Counted from the stretch's first letter, positions 50,687 through 61,688 are shown. The stretch: 64,000 nt of DNA from an uncultured Candidatus Rokubacteria bacterium (GCA_963762145.1 CAVXJS010000011.1:512001-576000), one strand, 5' to 3'. A program made the numbers and translations. Notes: generated by a model from the letters alone, not told the origin.

Positions 50687-51150
50687 GCGCGCCAATCGCG
50701 AGACGGAGCCTCCTGGTCGGAACCGCGGCCCTCCTGGTCGCCGGCGCGGGCGGACGCCTCGCGGGCGCGGCGGCGAAGCCCACGATCACGGTCCACAAGT
50801 CGCCGACCTGAGGCTGCTGTGCGGCGTGGGTCGGGCACCTGCGCGCGGGCGGTTATCCGGTGACGGCGGTTGACCTCGAGGATCTCGCGCCCATCAAGCG
50901 GAAGCTCGGCGTGCCGCGCGCGCTGCAGAGCTGCCACACCGCGGCGGTCGAGGGTTACGTCATCGAGGGGCACGTCCCCGCCGACCTGATCGACCGTCTG
51001 CTGCGCGAGCGGCCTTCCGTGGTCGGCCTCGCGGTACCGGGCATGCCCGTGGGCTCTCCCGGGATGGAGGCGCCGGGCCAGGCCGCCGATCGCTACCAGG
51101 TGCTCGCGTTCGATCAGAAGGGGCACACCACCGTCTTCGCCAGCCGCTGA
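50683..51150 (+). CDS. CopG/DUF411 metal-binding protein, Tat signal, in-frame UGA (50809-50811) probably selenocysteine
   Basis: One frame: RRSLL...[16 protein letters not shown]...SCHTA...EGHVP...[11 protein letters not shown]; 155 aa with U43. Confidence 0.85.
50812..50854 (+). promoter_or_regulatory. Candidate bacterial SECIS hairpin
   Basis: GGCUGC-UGUGCGG-c-GUG[GGUCGGG]CAC-CUGCGCG-cgg-GCGGUU; apical loop opens with G, 17 nt after UGA. Confidence 0.65.
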
Positions 51151-51196
51151 GCGGGCCGCGCGTCGCTTCGCGACGGCCCCGTGATAGACTCCCGCC

Positions 51197-52393
51197 GTGC
51201 TGTCCACGCTCGAAGCCCGAGAGGGCCACGGGCCCCTGAGCGGCGTCATCGTGCTCGATCTGAGCGGCTACGTGGCCGGTCCCTACGGCTGCACCCTGCT
51301 CGGCGACCAGGGCGCCCTCGTCATCAAGATCGAGCCGCCCGAGGGCGACAACCTCCGCAACTACCCGTCCACCATCCCGGGGGAGAGCCGGGCCTTCCTC
51401 GGGGTCAATCGCAACAAGCGCGGCCTCGGCCTCGACCTCAAGCATCCCGACGGCCTGGGCGTGCTGCGCCGGCTGGTCGAGCGCGCCGACGTGCTGGTCC
51501 ACAACTTCCGGCCGTCGGTGCCCGCGCGCCTGGGCATCGACTACGACCGGATGCGGGCGCTGAACGAGCGCCTGATCTACTGCGCGCTGACCGGCTACGG
51601 TGATCGGGGGCCGCTCAAGGACCGCGCCGGCTACGACCAGGTGCTCCAGACCATGACCGGCATCTGCGAGGAGCAGGGCAAGCCGGGCGATCCCCAGATC
51701 GTCTACGGCTCCGCGGTGGACTTCTACACGGCCTCGCTGCTGGCCTTCGCGGTCTCCTCCGCGCTCTTCGAGCGCTCGCGCACCGGGCGCGGGCAGCACC
51801 TGAGCGTATCGCTCCTGCGCGGCGCGCTCACGATGCAGGCAACCCGGCTCGTTTGGGTGGACGGCGAGCCGCGCGACGTCTGGCGCGACATGCGCTCGGG
51901 AGGCATCACCGGCATCCACCCCACGAAGCACGGCAGCCTCTACATCTCGGCCAACACGCCCCACTTCTGGAAGGCCCTGTGCGAGCTGACCGGGCTGGCC
52001 GAGCTCGCGGGCGATCCCCGCTTCGACACGGTGCGGAAGCGGGCCGAGCACGAAGCGGTGCTCGTCCCGCAGCTGCGCGCGGCGCTGCAGGCGCGCACCG
52101 CGGTCGAGTGGGAGGCGCACTTCGGCGAGCGGGTGCCCTGCGCGGCGGCGCGTCCGGTGGAGGACATGTTCGATCATCCGCAGGTGGCCGCCGAAGGCAT
52201 CCTGGCGAGCTTCGAGCATCCGGGCGTGGGGCACTACCGCGGGATGGCGCACCCGGTCCGCTTCGGCGAGGGCCCGCCGCCCGCGCCCTTCGCGGCGCCG
52301 CAGCTCGGACAGGACTCCCGGAAGATCCTCGCGAGCCTCGGCTACTCCGACGCGGAGATCGAGCGACTGCGCGGCGCGCGCACGGTGGTCTGA
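51197..52393 (+). CDS. Class III CoA-transferase (CaiB/BaiF)
   Basis: AGPY, VIKIEPP.GD, NRNKR, NFRP, GYD. Confidence 0.92.
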   Translation: MLSTLEAREGHGPLSGVIVLDLSGYVAGPYGCTLLGDQGALVIKIEPPEGDNLRNYPSTIPGESRAFLGVNRNKRGLGLDLKHPDGLGVLRRLVERADVLVHNFRPSVPARLGIDYDRMRALNERLIYCALTGYGDRGPLKDRAGYDQVLQTMTGICEEQGKPGDPQIVYGSAVDFYTASLLAFAVSSALFERSRTGRGQHLSVSLLRGALTMQATRLVWVDGEPRDVWRDMRSGGITGIHPTKHGSLYISANTPHFWKALCELTGLAELAGDPRFDTVRKRAEHEAVLVPQLRAALQARTAVEWEAHFGERVPCAAARPVEDMFDHPQVAAEGILASFEHPGVGHYRGMAHPVRFGEGPPPAPFAAPQLGQDSRKILASLGYSDAEIERLRGARTVV

Positions 52394-52395
52394 TC

Positions 52396-53292
52396 GTGGC
52401 CGACCTCCTGATGCGGAGCAAGCTCTTCGTGCCGGCCTCGCGGCCCGAGCTCTTCGCGAAGGCGCTGGCCGGCGACGCCGACGCGCTCTCGTTCGATCTG
52501 GAGGACGCGGTCCAGGAGAGCCGGAAGGCCGACGCGCGCGGGATCCTGGAAGGATTCCTTCGCCAGGCCGCCGAGCGGCCGCCCGGCAAGATCTTCCCCG
52601 GCAAGATCTTCATAGTCCGCGTGAACGGGCTGACGACCCCGCACTTCGAGGCGGACCTCGCGGCGGTGGTGCGGCCGGGGGTGGACATGATCAACCTGCC
52701 CAAGCCCGAGTCCGCGGAGGACGTGCGGGCCGCGGCCGCGGCGCTCGCCCGCGTGGAGGCGGAGCGGGGGATCGACCGCCCGGTGGGCATCCTCGCCAAC
52801 GTCGAATCGCCGCGAGGGCTTCGGCTGGCGCTCGAGATCGCGACGGCGCATCCGCGCGTCGTCGGACTCCAGCTCGGCCTGGGCGATCTCTTCGAGCCCT
52901 TCGGCATCGACCGGGCGGACGCGCGCGCGGTTCACGCCATGCAGCTCGCGGTGCGGGTGGCCGCGGCGGAGGCGGGCATCTGGGCCTGCGACACGGTCTA
53001 CGGGACGGTGGCGGATCCCGAGGGCTTCACGCGCGAGGCGGAAGTCGCGCGGCGGCTCGGCTTCATCGGCAAGTCCTGCATCCATCCCACCCAGGTCCCG
53101 CTCGCGAACGCAGTGTTCCGGCCGACCGATCTCGAGATCGCGGCCGCGCGGCGGGTCGTCGAGGCGGCGCGGGGCGCCGAGCGCAGCGGGGTCGGAGCCT
53201 ATCTGGTCGACGGCCGCATGATCGACATTCCGTTCGTCACGCGCGCCGAGGCAATCCTGGCCGCGGCCCGCCGGCTGGGCCTGACCGGCTGA
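52396..53292 (+). CDS. CitE-like CoA ester lyase (HpcH/HpaI family)
   Basis: RSKLFVP, DLEDAV, LPKPE, GKSCIHP, DGRMID. Confidence 0.9.
   Translation: MADLLMRSKLFVPASRPELFAKALAGDADALSFDLEDAVQESRKADARGILEGFLRQAAERPPGKIFPGKIFIVRVNGLTTPHFEADLAAVVRPGVDMINLPKPESAEDVRAAAAALARVEAERGIDRPVGILANVESPRGLRLALEIATAHPRVVGLQLGLGDLFEPFGIDRADARAVHAMQLAVRVAAAEAGIWACDTVYGTVADPEGFTREAEVARRLGFIGKSCIHPTQVPLANAVFRPTDLEIAAARRVVEAARGAERSGVGAYLVDGRMIDIPFVTRAEAILAAARRLGLTG
52582..52611 (+). repeat. Perfect 15-bp in-frame tandem duplication
   Basis: CCCGGCAAGATCTTC x2 encodes PGKIF-PGKIF. Confidence 0.85.
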
Positions 53293-53295
53293 GGG

Positions 53296-54867
53296 TCAGG
53301 AGTCGATCCGGCGCTCGTCGAGGTCCAGCTCCCGCTCGAGCGCCCGCAGCACGTCGTCGTCGATCGCGCCCTCCGCGCGCAGCCGCAGGAGCGCCTCGCG
53401 CTCCGAGTCGATCACGGTGCGCTGGATCTCGCGGTGCTCGATGATCTCCCGATCCTCTTCGCCCGCGCCCGCCGCGTCCCGCTGCCGCTCCACGTGCTCC
53501 GACTGGTGCTCGAAGGTCTCGCGCAGCCGATCGAGCAGGGGGCGGTGGTTCGGCCACACCGGATAGAGGGTGTCGATCCGCCGCCGGGCGGCCTCGACGA
53601 GCTGCTGGCGCGCGCGGGCTTCTTCCTCGCGCAGCTCCGGATCGGTGCCCAGCCGCAGCCTCCGGATCAGCCACGGCAGGCTGAGCCCCTGGCCCAGCAG
53701 CGTGAACACGATGACGGTCACGGTCACGATCACGAGCGCTTCGCGCGCGGGAAAGGGCGCGCCGCCGGGCAAGCTGAGCGGGAGGGCGAGCGCGAGGGCG
53801 AGGGAGACGGCGCCGCGCATCCCGGCCCACGAGAGCACCAGCGCGTGCGCGAGGAAGCGGGGCGGGCGCGGCTCGCGCCGCACGGCGCACGCCAGGAGCT
53901 CGCTCGGGAAGATCCAGAGCGCGCGGACCGCGAGCAGGACCAGGCTCACGACGAGGCCGATGCCGACCAGCCGGAGGGCGGTGGCGGGCTCGAGCGAGCG
54001 CAGGAGGAACGGGACTTCCAGGCCGGTGATGATGAAGACCACCCCGTTCAGCAGGAAGGTGACCGTCTCCCACACCGCGCGCCCGGTGAGGCGGGCGTCG
54101 GCCCCCATCATGCGCGAGCCGCGGCGGCCGAGGTAGAGCCCCGCGACCACCGCCGCGATCACCCCGGAGGCGCCGAGCTCGTGGGCCGGCAGGAACGCGG
54201 CGTAGGGCGTCAGGAGCGAGAGCGTGATCTCGACCGGCGTGTCCTCGATGCGCTCGCGCACCTTCGCGATGATCCAACCCACCGCGAGGCCGATCGCCAG
54301 GCCGCCCAGCATGGCGCTCACGAAGGTCCCGACGCCGGCGGACGCCTTGAACGAGCCTCCGACGGCCACCGCGATCGCGATGCTGTAGATCGAGAGCGCG
54401 GTGGCGTCGTTCAGGAGGCTCTCGCCCTCCAGGACCGATACGATCCGCCGCGGGACGGCCAGGCGGGAGGCGACCGCGGCCGCCGCGATCGCGTCGGGCG
54501 GCGCCACGATCGCGCCGAGTGCGATGGCCACCGCCCACGGGATGCCGGGGATCAGAGCGTGCACCACCGCGGCCACCGCGAGCGCACTGACGACGACCAG
54601 GCCGACCGCGAGCGAGCCGATCGTGCCCAGGTTGGCGCGCAGGCTCCGCAGGGGCGTGAAGAAGGCCGCGATGTAGAGGAGCGGAGGCAGGATGAAGAGG
54701 AAGATGAGATCCGGGTCCACCTCGACATGCAGGGTGCCCGGCACCAGCCCGAGCACGAGTCCGCCGATGACGAGGAAGATCGGGTAGGCGATGCCGAGTC
54801 GCCGCGCGATCGTGACGAGCGCGGCGACCGCGATGAGCAGAGCCAGGACGAGCTGGGCGCTCTGCAT
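53296..54867 (-). CDS. CPA1 Na+/H+ antiporter
   Basis: PPDAIAA, EGESLLNDAT, GMRGAVSLA. Confidence 0.93.
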   Translation of the reverse strand: MQSAQLVLALLIAVAALVTIARRLGIAYPIFLVIGGLVLGLVPGTLHVEVDPDLIFLFILPPLLYIAAFFTPLRSLRANLGTIGSLAVGLVVVSALAVAAVVHALIPGIPWAVAIALGAIVAPPDAIAAAAVASRLAVPRRIVSVLEGESLLNDATALSIYSIAIAVAVGGSFKASAGVGTFVSAMLGGLAIGLAVGWIIAKVRERIEDTPVEITLSLLTPYAAFLPAHELGASGVIAAVVAGLYLGRRGSRMMGADARLTGRAVWETVTFLLNGVVFIITGLEVPFLLRSLEPATALRLVGIGLVVSLVLLAVRALWIFPSELLACAVRREPRPPRFLAHALVLSWAGMRGAVSLALALALPLSLPGGAPFPAREALVIVTVTVIVFTLLGQGLSLPWLIRRLRLGTDPELREEEARARQQLVEAARRRIDTLYPVWPNHRPLLDRLRETFEHQSEHVERQRDAAGAGEEDREIIEHREIQRTVIDSEREALLRLRAEGAIDDDVLRALERELDLDERRIDS

Positions 54868-54926
54868 GGTGCTCGGCAGCCTAGCACACGCGTTCGGGCG
54901 CTGGACGCTGATGCTATTCTTCGGGC

Positions 54927-57236
54927 ATGGACGCGACCACCGTCGTCGATCCGGTCTGCGGGATGGACGTGACGCCCGGCGACGCGGCGGGCGGCAGCGC
55001 GGAGCACGCCGGGACGACCTACTGGTTCTGTAATCCGAGCTGCCGGGAGCGCTTCATCGCGGATCCGGCGCGCTTTCTCCACCGATCCGCGTCCGCGCCC
55101 GAGGGGCGGGGCTCGGGGCGGGACCCGCGGATCTACACGTGCCCGATGCACCCGGAGGTGCGCCAGGCCGGGCCCGGGAGCTGCCCCAAGTGCGGCATGG
55201 CGCTCGAGCCGCTCGAGGTCACCGCCGACGAGGGCCCGAGCCACGAGCTCGTGGACATGACCCGGCGCTTCTGGGTGAGCCTCGCCCTCACCGTGCCGGT
55301 GCTCGCCCTCGCGATGGGGGAGATGCTCGCGCCGGGGCTGCTCGCCGCGCTCGGCCCCACCGGGTGGCTCTGGAGCCAGCTCGTCCTCGCCACGCCGGTG
55401 GTGCTGTGGGGCGGCTGGCCGTTCTTCGTGCGCGGCTGGCAGTCGCTGGTCACGCGCAACCTGAACATGTTCACGCTGATCGCGCTGGGCACGGGCGCCG
55501 CGTTCGGGTACAGCGTCTTCGCGGCCCTGTTTCCGGACACGCTCCCGCACGCGATGCGGCACGGCGGCGTGCCGCCCGTGTACTTCGAGGCCGCGGCCGT
55601 CATCACCACGCTGGTGCTGCTGGGGCAGGTCCTGGAGCTGCGGGCCCGCAGCGCGACCTCCGGCGCCATCCGGGCGCTGCTGGGTCTCCAGCCCAGGACC
55701 GCCCGCCGCCTCCGCGAGGACGGCCGCGAGGAGGACGTACCGCTCGAGCACGTCGCGGTGGGCGACCGGCTGCGGGTACGGCCGGGCGAGCGCGTGCCGG
55801 TGGACGGCGCGGTGCTGGAGGGCCGAAGCGCGGTGGACGAGGCTCTGGTCACCGGCGAGCCGATCCCGGTGGAGAAGGAGCCGGGCAGCCGCGTGACCGG
55901 CGGAACCGTCAACGGCACCGGCGGCTTCGTCATGCGCGCGGACCGGGTCGGCGCCGACACCCTGCTGGCGCAGATCGTTCGCATGGTCGGGGAGGCGCAG
56001 CGGAGCCGCGCGCCCATCCAGCGCCTGGCCGACCAGGTCTCCGCCTGGTTCGTCCCGACGATGGTGGCGGTGGCGGTGCTGACCGCGCTGGGGTGGGGAC
56101 TCTTCGGACCGGAGCCGCGCGTGGTCTACGCACTCGTCAACGCGGTCGCGGTGCTGATCATCGCGTGCCCGTGCGCGCTCGGTCTGGCGACCCCCATGTC
56201 CATCATGGTGGCGACCGGGCGCGGCGCCCAGGCGGGCGTGCTGATCAAGCACGCGGCCGCGCTCGAGACGCTCGAAAAGGTCGATACGCTCCTCGTGGAC
56301 AAGACGGGCACGCTCACCGAAGGCAAGCCGCGCCTCGTCTCGGTGGTCGCCACCGACGGGGTGACCGACGCCGAGATCCTGGCCCTGGCCGCCGGGCTCG
56401 AGCGCGGCAGCGAGCATCCGCTCGCCGCCGCCATCCTGGCCGCCGCCGCCGAGCGGGGCGTGCCGTCGAGCTCGGTCGGCGCGTTTCGCTCGCTCACCGG
56501 GCGCGGCGTGACCGGCGAGGCCGCAGGCCGTCGCGTGGCGCTCGGCAACGCGCGCCTCCTCGAGGAGCTGGGCCTCGACGCGGGCGAGCTCGGGAAGCGC
56601 GCGGAGGCCCTGCGCGAGGAAGGGCAGACGGTGGTGTTCCTGATCGCGGGCGATGCGGTCGTGGGCCTCCTCGGCGTCGCGGATCCCATCAAGGCGAGCG
56701 CGGGCCGGGCGGTCCGCGATCTCCAGGGGGAAGGTCTGCGCGTGATCATGGTCACCGGCGACAGCGCGGCCACCGCGCGGGCGGTCGCCCGCACCCTCGG
56801 ACTCGACGACGTGATCGCCGAGGTCTTGCCGGAGCGGAAGGCCGAGATCGTCCGCCGCTTCCAGGCCGAGGGCCACGTGGTGGCCATGGCCGGCGACGGC
56901 GTCAACGACGCGCCGGCCCTCGCGGCGGCCGACGTGGGCATCGCCATGGGCACGGGCACGGACGTGGCGATGGAGAGCGCCGACATCACCCTGGTCCGGG
57001 GCGACCTGGGCGGCATGGTGCGGGCGCGCCGGCTCGCCCGCGCGACCATGCGAAACATTCGCCAGAATCTCGTCTGGGCCTTCCTCTACAACGCCCTCGG
57101 GGTGCCGGTCGCGGCGGGCCTGCTCTACCCGTTCGCCGGCCTGCTGCTCAGCCCGATGCTCGCGAGCGCGGCGATGAGCCTCAGCTCGGTGTCGGTGATC
57201 GCCAACGCGCTGCGGCTCCGCCGCGTGCCGCTCTGA
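54927..57236 (+). CDS. copA: Cu(I)-translocating P1B ATPase with YHS domain
   Basis: [39 protein letters not shown]. Confidence 0.93.
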   Translation: MDATTVVDPVCGMDVTPGDAAGGSAEHAGTTYWFCNPSCRERFIADPARFLHRSASAPEGRGSGRDPRIYTCPMHPEVRQAGPGSCPKCGMALEPLEVTADEGPSHELVDMTRRFWVSLALTVPVLALAMGEMLAPGLLAALGPTGWLWSQLVLATPVVLWGGWPFFVRGWQSLVTRNLNMFTLIALGTGAAFGYSVFAALFPDTLPHAMRHGGVPPVYFEAAAVITTLVLLGQVLELRARSATSGAIRALLGLQPRTARRLREDGREEDVPLEHVAVGDRLRVRPGERVPVDGAVLEGRSAVDEALVTGEPIPVEKEPGSRVTGGTVNGTGGFVMRADRVGADTLLAQIVRMVGEAQRSRAPIQRLADQVSAWFVPTMVAVAVLTALGWGLFGPEPRVVYALVNAVAVLIIACPCALGLATPMSIMVATGRGAQAGVLIKHAAALETLEKVDTLLVDKTGTLTEGKPRLVSVVATDGVTDAEILALAAGLERGSEHPLAAAILAAAAERGVPSSSVGAFRSLTGRGVTGEAAGRRVALGNARLLEELGLDAGELGKRAEALREEGQTVVFLIAGDAVVGLLGVADPIKASAGRAVRDLQGEGLRVIMVTGDSAATARAVARTLGLDDVIAEVLPERKAEIVRRFQAEGHVVAMAGDGVNDAPALAAADVGIAMGTGTDVAMESADITLVRGDLGGMVRARRLARATMRNIRQNLVWAFLYNALGVPVAAGLLYPFAGLLLSPMLASAAMSLSSVSVIANALRLRRVPL

Positions 57237-57327
57237 GTGTCAGCCGCGCCAACGCGAGGCTGACAGCCACCTGACATTGCCCTCGGGCGTCATGCCCGAA
57301 GGCCTTGTATCGCAAGCAGTTTTCGGC

Positions 57328-57342
57328 TGGCCCGCTTCTTGC
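57328..57342 (+). promoter_or_regulatory. Putative sigma54 promoter
   Basis: TGGCCCGCTTCTTGC (GG-N10-GC) 22 nt before the ATG at 57365. Confidence 0.55.
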
Positions 57343-57364
57343 GATTCCCGCCGGTCACGCACTC

Positions 57365-58126
57365 ATGAACGCAACCCGGGCGGTCGAGGTCGAGCAGGAC
57401 GCACGGAGATGCCCGCGTCAGCGGGTCTCCTGGCTGGTCACGGTGGCGGCGGGATCCCGCCAGTTCCAGGGGCGAACGAAGGACGTGAGCGCCTCCGGCG
57501 CCAAAATCTTGTTGAAGGAGCGGCCGGCGCTCGGCGTCGAGGTGGGGCTGTCCTTCCGTCCTCCCGGCCGGCGCCCGCTCGAGACGCGCGCGCTCGTCTG
57601 GCGGCTCGATTCCGAGGGATTGGCGTGCATGTTCGTGGGCACGCAGAAGCCCGAGTTCCTCGAGGCCGTGACGCCCCGCCAGGCCCCGAGCCCGGTCCGG
57701 GTGGCGCCGCCCCCGGTGGTCCTGCCTCCGGTGCTCCCGCCCCCGGTGGCCCCGCCCCAGTCGGCGGCGGGCGCCGTGCTCCTGGCCACCGTGGACACGG
57801 GCTTCCGCGCGATCGCGCTCGACACGCTGGGTCGCAGCGGCTACACGGTGCTCGACGCGGGGTCGCAACCCTTGCTGGCTCTGCGCATCGCGGAGGAGCA
57901 CCGGGACACGATCACGCTCATCCTCATCGCGTCGGACCTGCGGCTCATGAATGGCGAGCCGCTGGCCAAGCGTCTCACCCCGCTGCTGCCGTCGGCCAAG
58001 CTCGTGCTGATGTCGAGCCGGTCGACGCCGAATCCGGCCGGTCCCGGGGCGCTCTGGCTGCCGACGCCCTGCACCGACGGTGAGCTGACGGCGCAGATCC
58101 GCCAGATCCAGGCCGATCGCGGCTAG
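57365..58126 (+). CDS. PilZ domain plus Pro-rich linker plus degenerate receiver domain
   Basis: RRCPR and DVSASG PilZ motifs; REC-like C-terminus lacking the acidic pocket. Confidence 0.75.
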   Translation: MNATRAVEVEQDARRCPRQRVSWLVTVAAGSRQFQGRTKDVSASGAKILLKERPALGVEVGLSFRPPGRRPLETRALVWRLDSEGLACMFVGTQKPEFLEAVTPRQAPSPVRVAPPPVVLPPVLPPPVAPPQSAAGAVLLATVDTGFRAIALDTLGRSGYTVLDAGSQPLLALRIAEEHRDTITLILIASDLRLMNGEPLAKRLTPLLPSAKLVLMSSRSTPNPAGPGALWLPTPCTDGELTAQIRQIQADRG

Positions 58127-58599
58127 TGCCCGTTGCCCTTGACCGCCTCGGACAGAGCCGCGGCGAGATTGTGGTTGGCCGAGGTCAGGTGCGGGTGCAC
58201 GGCGAGGGCGCGCCGGAAGAGCGCGGCGGCCTCCCGGAACTGGCCGAGCGCCATGTGACAGAGCCCCTGGCCGGACAGGGCCCCGAAGTGACTCGGATTC
58301 CGCGCTAGCGTCTCCTCGCAGTCGGCCACCGCTCCCGCATAGTCCTCCGCCACGTAGCGCGCCGTCGCCCGCTTGTTCCATCCCTCCGCGAAGTCGGGCG
58401 CGCGCCCGATGATGCGGCCAAAGAGGGCGATCGCGTCCTCCAGCTCGCGACGCTCCATCGCCTCGACGCCCTGGCGGAGGAGCCGATCCACCTCCGGAAT
58501 GCCCGAGCGGCACCAGATCTCCCAGAGCGCGGCCTCCGCCCGGGCGGCCAGGACGGGATCGGGTCCACGGAGCGCGGCGAGGGCCTCGGTCTCGGTCAT
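58123..58599 (-). CDS. TPR protein
   Basis: [24 protein letters not shown]. Confidence 0.85.
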   Translation of the reverse strand: MTETEALAALRGPDPVLAARAEAALWEIWCRSGIPEVDRLLRQGVEAMERRELEDAIALFGRIIGRAPDFAEGWNKRATARYVAEDYAGAVADCEETLARNPSHFGALSGQGLCHMALGQFREAAALFRRALAVHPHLTSANHNLAAALSEAVKGNGH

Positions 58600-58632
58600 G
58601 CGCCCCCGGTCATGCGCTCCCCGGTCATGCGC
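58593..58632. repeat. Three direct copies of CGGTCATGCGC
   Basis: Copies at 58593, 58607 and 58622, overlapping the TPR start codon. Confidence 0.8.
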
Positions 58633-58690
58633 TCAAGGTTACTTGACGGGCAGCCCCATTGGCCAGATGCTGCTGCCCGGAGGCGCGCGG

Positions 58691-59014
58691 ATGCCGGATC
58701 AGGATCGGATCGAGGAGTTCAAGGAAGTGGTCGAGATCATGCCGGACGATCCGGTGGTGCGCTTCGGCCTCGCAGGCGCCTATCTGGACGCCGGCCAGGC
58801 CGACGCGGCGGTCGTCGAGTACGGCGAAGCCATTCGCCTCAAGCCCGACTACTCTGCGGCCCACCGAGGCCTGGGCCGGGCGCTCGAGCGCGCGGGCCGG
58901 GTCGCGGAGGCCAAGGCCGCCTACGCCAGGGGTCTCGAGGTGGCGCGCACGACCGGGGATCTCCAGACCGGGAAGGAGATCGAGGTCTTCCTCCGGAGGC
59001 TCGAGAAGACCTAG
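58691..59014 (+). CDS. Small TPR protein
   Basis: PDD..RFGLA, PDYSAA..LG, GDLQT.KEI. Confidence 0.82.
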   Translation: MPDQDRIEEFKEVVEIMPDDPVVRFGLAGAYLDAGQADAAVVEYGEAIRLKPDYSAAHRGLGRALERAGRVAEAKAAYARGLEVARTTGDLQTGKEIEVFLRRLEKT

Positions 59015-59472
59015 TGGCGATCTGGGTGGATGCCGACGCCTGTCCCCAGGTCATCAAGGAGATCCTGTACCGGGCCGCCGAGCGCGCGCAGGTGGTGACG
59101 ACGCTGGTCGCCAACACGTCCCTCCGTGTCCCGTCCTCGCCCTTCATCCGGACCCTCCGCGTGGACCACGGCTGGGACGTGGCGGACCAGCGGATCGTGG
59201 AGCAGGTGGGGCCCGGCGATCTGGTGGTGACGGCGGACATCCCGCTCGCCGCGCTCGTGATCGCGCGCGGCGCGCAGGCGCTGGACCCGCGCGGGGAGCT
59301 CTACACCGAGGACAATGTCCAGGAGCGCCTGGCGGTGCGGAACCTGATGCAGGGCCTGCGGGCGGGCGGCGACCTGATCGCCGGCCCCGCGCCCTTCTCC
59401 CCGAGCGATCGGCAGCGCTTCGCCAATCACCTCGACCACTTCCTGACGCGTCGAGGCCCCGCCGGCGACTAG
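59014..59472 (+). CDS. YaiI/YqxD (UPF0178) protein
   Basis: [25 protein letters not shown]. Confidence 0.92.
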   Translation: MAIWVDADACPQVIKEILYRAAERAQVVTTLVANTSLRVPSSPFIRTLRVDHGWDVADQRIVEQVGPGDLVVTADIPLAALVIARGAQALDPRGELYTEDNVQERLAVRNLMQGLRAGGDLIAGPAPFSPSDRQRFANHLDHFLTRRGPAGD

Positions 59473-60020
59473 CCAAGCGCCGGCCTCCGCAACACCGCCG
59501 GCTCGATCGCCACGCTCCGATCCGCGTCCGCCATCCAGATCTGACCGTCCTGGATCGTGCACGTGACCCGCATGTTCCGCTGCGCCAGCTTCGCGAGCGC
59601 CCGCGTGGCCGCGAAGGGCAGGTTGACGACGGTCAGGTTCTCGGCGCGCTCCAGCGCGGCGCCCGCCTGCTCCCACCAGAGATCGGCGCCTCGTCCCCCG
59701 TAGCTGTAGACGACCACCGCTTCCGCGCGGCCGCACGCCCGCCGGATCCGCTTCTCGTCCGGCTGGCCCACGTCGATCCAGAGCTCGATGGCACCGGTCA
59801 GGTCCTTCCGCCAGAGATCGGGCTCGTCGTCGGTGCCGAGCCCGCGCCCGAAGGCCAGCGCCTCGTGCGCGTGCCGCGCGAAGGCCAGCAGCCGCACCAT
59901 CATGCGCTCGTCGGTCTCGGACGGGTGCCGCGCGATCGTGAGGGCGTGATCGTGGTAGTAGGCCCGGTCGATGTCCGCGATCTCGAGGGCAACCTTGAAG
60001 ATGGTCGCGTTCTGGGCCAT
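59469..60020 (-). CDS. yaeQ: YaeQ family protein
   Basis: [27 protein letters not shown]. Confidence 0.93.
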   Translation of the reverse strand: MAQNATIFKVALEIADIDRAYYHDHALTIARHPSETDERMMVRLLAFARHAHEALAFGRGLGTDDEPDLWRKDLTGAIELWIDVGQPDEKRIRRACGRAEAVVVYSYGGRGADLWWEQAGAALERAENLTVVNLPFAATRALAKLAQRNMRVTCTIQDGQIWMADADRSVAIEPAVLRRPALG

Positions 60021-60100
60021 GGGCGATACTGGCCCGCCGGGCGGGCGCGGTCAAGGAAGGCGCGGGCCGTGCTATCCTCCCGGCGAGGAGGCACGGGACC

Positions 60101-61650
60101 ATGATCGTTCCGCTCACGCTGGGCGACTTCCTGGAGCGCGCCGAGCTCGTGTACGGGGACCGCGAGGCGGTGGTCGACGAGCCGAATCCGCCGGGCGGCG
60201 GCCTCGGCCGCTTCACCTACGCGGAGCTCGCCGCGATGGCCCGCAGCCTCGCCGCCGCGCTCGACGACCTCGGCGTCGGGCGAGAACGACCGCGTCGCCA
60301 TCGTCTCGCCCGAACGCCGCGCGCTTCCTCATCGCCCTCTTCGGGGTCAGCGTGTTCGGGCGCGTGCTCGTGCCGGTGAACTTCCGGCTCAACGCCGAGG
60401 AGATCCGCTACATCATCGAGCACTCCGGCTCGTCCGTGCTGCTGGTCGACCCCGAGCTGGACGAGGCCCTGCGCGACATCCCGGTGAAGCACCGGTTCGT
60501 GCTGGGCAGCGCGCACCGACCCGCAGCTCTTCCTGCGCCAGGGCGCGACGCCCCGCTTCCGGGTCACCGACGAGAACGCCACGGTCTCGATCAACTACAC
60601 CTCCGGCACCACCGCGCGGCCCAAGGGCGTGCAGCTCACCCACCGCAACTTCTGGCTGAACGCGGTCACGTTCGGCTGGCACCTGGCGATGACCGACCGC
60701 GACGTGTACCTGCACACGCTGCCGACGTTCCACTGCAACGGCTGGGGCATGCCGTACGCGCTCACCGCCATGGGCGTGCGCCAGGTCATCATCCGGAAGA
60801 TCGACGGCGAGGAGATCCTGCGCCGCGTGGAGGCCGAGGGCGTGACCCTCTTCAACTGCGCGCCCGCGGTGATCGCCGCGGTGCTCGACGCGGCGGCGGC
60901 GCGGCGCGCCAAGGGCGCGGCGGTGCCCGGCCGCGGGCGCGTGCGCGTGGTCATCGCGGGCGCGCCGCCGCCGTCGAAGACCATCGAGCGCATCGAGACC
61001 GAGCTCGGCTGGGAGTTCATCCAGATCTACGGCCTCACCGAGACGTCGCCGCTGCTCACCATCAACCGCGCGCCCGCGGAGTGGGACGGCCTCGATCCGG
61101 TCGAGCGCGCGCGGCGCCTGTCGCGCGCGGGCGTGCCCGCGGTGGGCGTGCGCATGCGCGGTCGACGCCGAGGGCGAGGTGCTCGCGCGCTCCAACCACG
61201 TCTTCGAGGGCTACTGGAACCAGCCCGCGGAGACGGCCAAGGCGATCGTGGACGGCTGGTTCCACACCGGCGACGGCGGCTTCACCGAGGGCGCGTACAT
61301 CGCGATCACGCGACCGGAAGAAGGACGTCATCATCACCGGCGGCGAGAACGTCTCGTCCATCGAGGTGGAGGACTGCCTCTTCCAGCATCCCGCGGTGGC
61401 CGAGGTCGCGGTGATCGGCGTGCCCGACGAGAAGTGGGGCGAGACGATCAAGGCCCTCGTCGTGCTGCGGCCCGGCGCCGCCTGCACCGAGCGGGAGCTG
61501 ATCGAGCACTGCCGGAGCCGCATGGCGCACTACAAGTGCCCGACGTCGATCGAGCTGCGCGACGCGCTCGTCCGCACCGCCACCGGCAAGCTCCAGAAGT
61601 TCAAGCTGCGCGAGCCGTACTGGTCGGGCCGCGAGCGGAAGGTGAACTAG
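60101..61650 (+). CDS. Acyl-CoA synthetase (AMP-binding), frameshifted
   Basis: YTSGTTARPKG, YGLTE, GWFHTGD, GGENVSS.EVE, TGKLQK. Confidence 0.88.
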
Positions 61651-61667
61651 GCGCGCGGGGTTCAATC

Positions 61668-61688
61668 ACGGCGGTCGAGTGCCGCCGT
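61668..61688. terminator. Hairpin between convergent genes
   Basis: ACGGCGG-tcgagtg-CCGCCGT. Confidence 0.45.

Noticed and set aside
20220-50811. Genome-wide UGA reassignment
   Set aside because: Many genes end properly at TGA (tsaB, rimI, htpG, copA); only two internal TGAs were seen and they fall at different residue types
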